Part shown: in pieces, positions 61,637-64,000 of the stretch
Numbering within the stretch: position 1 is the stretch's first letter
Layout: each line of letters starts with the position of its first letter
Source: a bacterium
GTDB lineage: Bacteria; Electryoneota; JAOADG01
Length of the DNA stretch: 64,000 bases
Direction: 5' to 3'
Assembly (NCBI GenBank): GCA_963681965.1
Contig: OY820579.1
Span: 1,120,001 to 1,184,000, forward strand
The notes under the pieces: model-generated
Databases searched by the model: none
Told to the model about the DNA's origin: nothing
The model's input: only the letters and a program-made list of their open reading frames with translations
Position numbers and translations under genes: made by a program

Positions 61637-62104
61637 ATGCCTCGAATCATCCGCAAAACCTATCGATTGAAAGCTCCGTTGTATCGGGTGTGGCCATATT
61701 TTGCCAGCGGAACCGGTCTATCATCTTGGTTTTCCGAACGTGGTACACTTCTCGAACCTCAAGTTGGCGGACGAATCGTGATCTATTTTGCTGGAAAAAA
61801 CGAGATCGCCTCCGGTACCGTCACTGATTATGTACCGGGTAAAACGTTGGCATTTCGCTGGGAATTAGGGAATCTAACCGGTCGCGACGAATTTTCGAAT
61901 GTTCGCTTCGATCTTTCGGAAGAAGTACAGTCAGACGGTTCCGTTCAAACAGTGGTGAAAATGGTGGATGAAGGGATTCCCGAAGATCCTGCATGGATTG
62001 AATACTACGCTGGAACGCAGTCAGGATGGAGTGTCTACTTGATGAATCTCAAATCAGTTGCCGAAACCGGATACGATTTGCGCGATGTAATGCCGACATG
62101 TTAA
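61637..62104 (+). CDS. SRPBCC/AHSA1 domain protein
   Basis: APLYRVW...LSSWF...VGG...LAFRW...GWSVYLMNLKS. Confidence 0.88.
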   Translation: MPRIIRKTYRLKAPLYRVWPYFASGTGLSSWFSERGTLLEPQVGGRIVIYFAGKNEIASGTVTDYVPGKTLAFRWELGNLTGRDEFSNVRFDLSEEVQSDGSVQTVVKMVDEGIPEDPAWIEYYAGTQSGWSVYLMNLKSVAETGYDLRDVMPTC

Positions 62105-62294
62105 TCAGTGAAGCATTTTTCAGAAAGTAGTCAATCGAAAAATGCTGTGAGGTGCTAGCCACTTCCATTGCGACTAAATCACATTTACCAGAATTCTCCC
62201 ATTTTATTGCTTTTCGCGTTCCTCTGCAAAGACCTCTGCTTGCAAAAACCGGCTTTTCAGTTGTATTTTAGTCGAATATTTACGACTATCGGCT

Positions 62295-63512
62295 TTGCAA
62301 GGAGTCCCCGTTTTGTTGTACCCGCCATCTGCGCGAAGTAATGCGCTGTCGCCTTCGCTGACGCTTGCTATTGTCGCCCGGACTGCGCAACTACGCGCCG
62401 AAGGGAAGACTGTTCTATCTCTGTCCGTGGGTGAACCGGACTTTGCTACTCCGGAACCGATCCGCGAAAAAGGGAAATATGCCATCGATCACGGTATCAC
62501 CAAGTATACCGCGGGGCGTGGTACGATCGAATTACGGAAAGCAATCTCCGAGAAACTCTATCGCGATCAGAAACTCCGTTACAATTTAGATCAAATTCTG
62601 GTCTCGAATGGCGGCAAACATAGTATTGCCAATCTGCTGTTAGCGACGATCAATCCCGGCGACGAAGTCATTCTTCCCGCACCCTATTTTCTGGCGTATC
62701 CCGAATTAATCAAATTGGCAGGCGGTATTCCGGTAATCGTTCCGACCGAAGCGCGGTATCGCTATATCTTGAAGCCGAGTCAGTTGAAAAAAGCGATCAC
62801 TCCGAAATCGAAGTTGATTGTCCTTTGCAGCCCTTCGAATCCGACGTCGACAGTGTATACCAAAAAAGATTTTGCCGCACTTGCACCGCTGATGATCGAT
62901 GCCAATCTCTGGATTCTGTCGGACGAAGTCTACGAGCATTTGCTCTACGACGGTCGCGAACAAGTTTCGCCGGCGCATTTCACCGATCTGTTTAAGCGCA
63001 CACTCTACGTCAGCAGTTACTCGAAGACATACGCAATGACCGGTTGGCGATTGGGGTATTGTTGCGGTGATATCAACATCATTGCCGCGGCAGCGAAAAT
63101 TCAAGAGAATATGACGTCATCGCCGAGTGCAATCGCACAGTATGCCGGGATCGAAGCGGTATCGAACGATCAATCCGATCGCGAGCACATGCGTCAGGAA
63201 TTCGAGCGCCGACGCGATTTAATGTATGGCATTGTATCGAAATGGAAGCATGTCACTGTTCCGAAACCGGAAGGGGCATTCTACGTTTTCCTGAAAATCG
63301 ACGATGTCTGGAAAGCGAATGGGAAAGCGTATCCCGGATCGCTGGCGGTAGCGACGCAATTATTGGAAGAGCAGTTGGTTGCCATCGTTCCCGGCGCACC
63401 ATTCGGCGATGATCGTGCGATCCGGCTGTCGTTTGCCGCGAGTGACGAAACCATTATTGAATCATGCAAGCGGATTGAGCAGTATTTGAAGAGTGCCGCA
63501 AAATCTGTGTAA
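62295..63512 (+). CDS. Class I/II PLP-dependent aminotransferase (AspC-like); exact start uncertain
   Basis: GEPDF, SPSNPT, SDEVYE and SKTYAMTGWRLGY motifs. Confidence 0.93.
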   Translation: MQGVPVLLYPPSARSNALSPSLTLAIVARTAQLRAEGKTVLSLSVGEPDFATPEPIREKGKYAIDHGITKYTAGRGTIELRKAISEKLYRDQKLRYNLDQILVSNGGKHSIANLLLATINPGDEVILPAPYFLAYPELIKLAGGIPVIVPTEARYRYILKPSQLKKAITPKSKLIVLCSPSNPTSTVYTKKDFAALAPLMIDANLWILSDEVYEHLLYDGREQVSPAHFTDLFKRTLYVSSYSKTYAMTGWRLGYCCGDINIIAAAAKIQENMTSSPSAIAQYAGIEAVSNDQSDREHMRQEFERRRDLMYGIVSKWKHVTVPKPEGAFYVFLKIDDVWKANGKAYPGSLAVATQLLEEQLVAIVPGAPFGDDRAIRLSFAASDETIIESCKRIEQYLKSAAKSV

Positions 63513-63704
63513 TTTGTAGTAGATCTTTTTCAGGGCGGAACGTAGTGTCCGCCCGTATTTATTTCAATCGAGAGATCAATTCGGAAGTAACAACCGAATT
63601 GAATAGGGTTCGTTTGCGAAACGACCTGTGGACGATATAAAAAACTCGACCTTGAATTTTATGAACGGGACCGTGCAGTAGTCCCATACCGTAAGGAATG
63701 CAAT

Positions 63705-64000
63705 ATGTCCATTTCCCTAATTGCACGTCAAATCGGTGCTTCACCGACTCTGGCACTCAACGAGCGCGCCCGAATCTTGCGCGAAGCCGGACAAGCAGTC
63801 ATTCATCTTGGTGCGGGCGAACCCAAGAATAAGACTCCGATTGCAGGTATTCTCTCCGCAGCGGGACGACTTACTGACGGTGATATCAAATACACTCCGA
63901 CGGAAGGTATCCCCGGTCTACGTAAAGCGATCGTTCGCTATACCGAAGAGAATTACGATAAGATCGTCGCACCGGAAAATATTCTCGTCTCCGGCGGTGC
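63705..64000 (+). CDS. Second class I/II aminotransferase, truncated by the window end
   Basis: Hand translation MSISLIARQIGASPTLALNERARILREAGQAVIHLGAGEP...KYTPTEGIPGLRKAI...NILVSGG; AAGGA RBS. Confidence 0.88.
   Translation, partial: MSISLIARQIGASPTLALNERARILREAGQAVIHLGAGEPKNKTPIAGILSAAGRLTDGDIKYTPTEGIPGLRKAIVRYTEENYDKIVAPENILVSGG

Noticed and set aside
63533-63554. GGGCGGA...TCCGCCC hairpin as another REP
   Set aside because: No adjacent GTAG foot; could equally be a weak terminator.

Overview
Chromosomal window of a moderate-GC Gram-negative bacterium, most likely from the FCB superphylum outside the Bacteroidota. This is inferred from three proteins with YPNPFN-type T9SS/FlgD-like C-terminal domains, a Chlorobi/Bacteroidetes-like ATP synthase c subunit and the lpxB-DUF374-lpxK operon. 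Much of it is housekeeping: rpsU, rlmB, the F1F0 ATP synthase operon, aspS-phoH-pgpH-ybeY-CBS protein, rng/rne, dnaA with AT-rich flanks, purEK, lpxBK, fur and two tandem aminotransferases. Three things stand out. (1) The atp operon is interrupted twice (atpH|atpA and atpG|atpD) by co-oriented accessory cassettes. These hold three MNT/HEPN pairs, an orphan HicB, an unannotated HNH remnant and a REP-associated tyrosine transposase (RAYT) bracketed by inverted 24-bp GTAG-REPs. A second unit bracketed by the same REP pair carries an AT-rich membrane-anchored cargo gene in place of the transposase, a candidate RAYT-mobilised gene cassette. (2) A seven-gene Agl-Glt-like envelope motor operon follows atpC: two TPR proteins, a GltF-like protein, an ExbB/TolQ, two ExbD/TolR and an AgmX/PglI-domain protein. 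(3) Several intergenic regions look like structured RNAs or switches: atpB-atpE, upstream of aspS, upstream of rng, and the leader of a large surface protein. No rRNA, tRNA or CRISPR array was recognised. All calls come from reading motifs by eye; no database searches were run.
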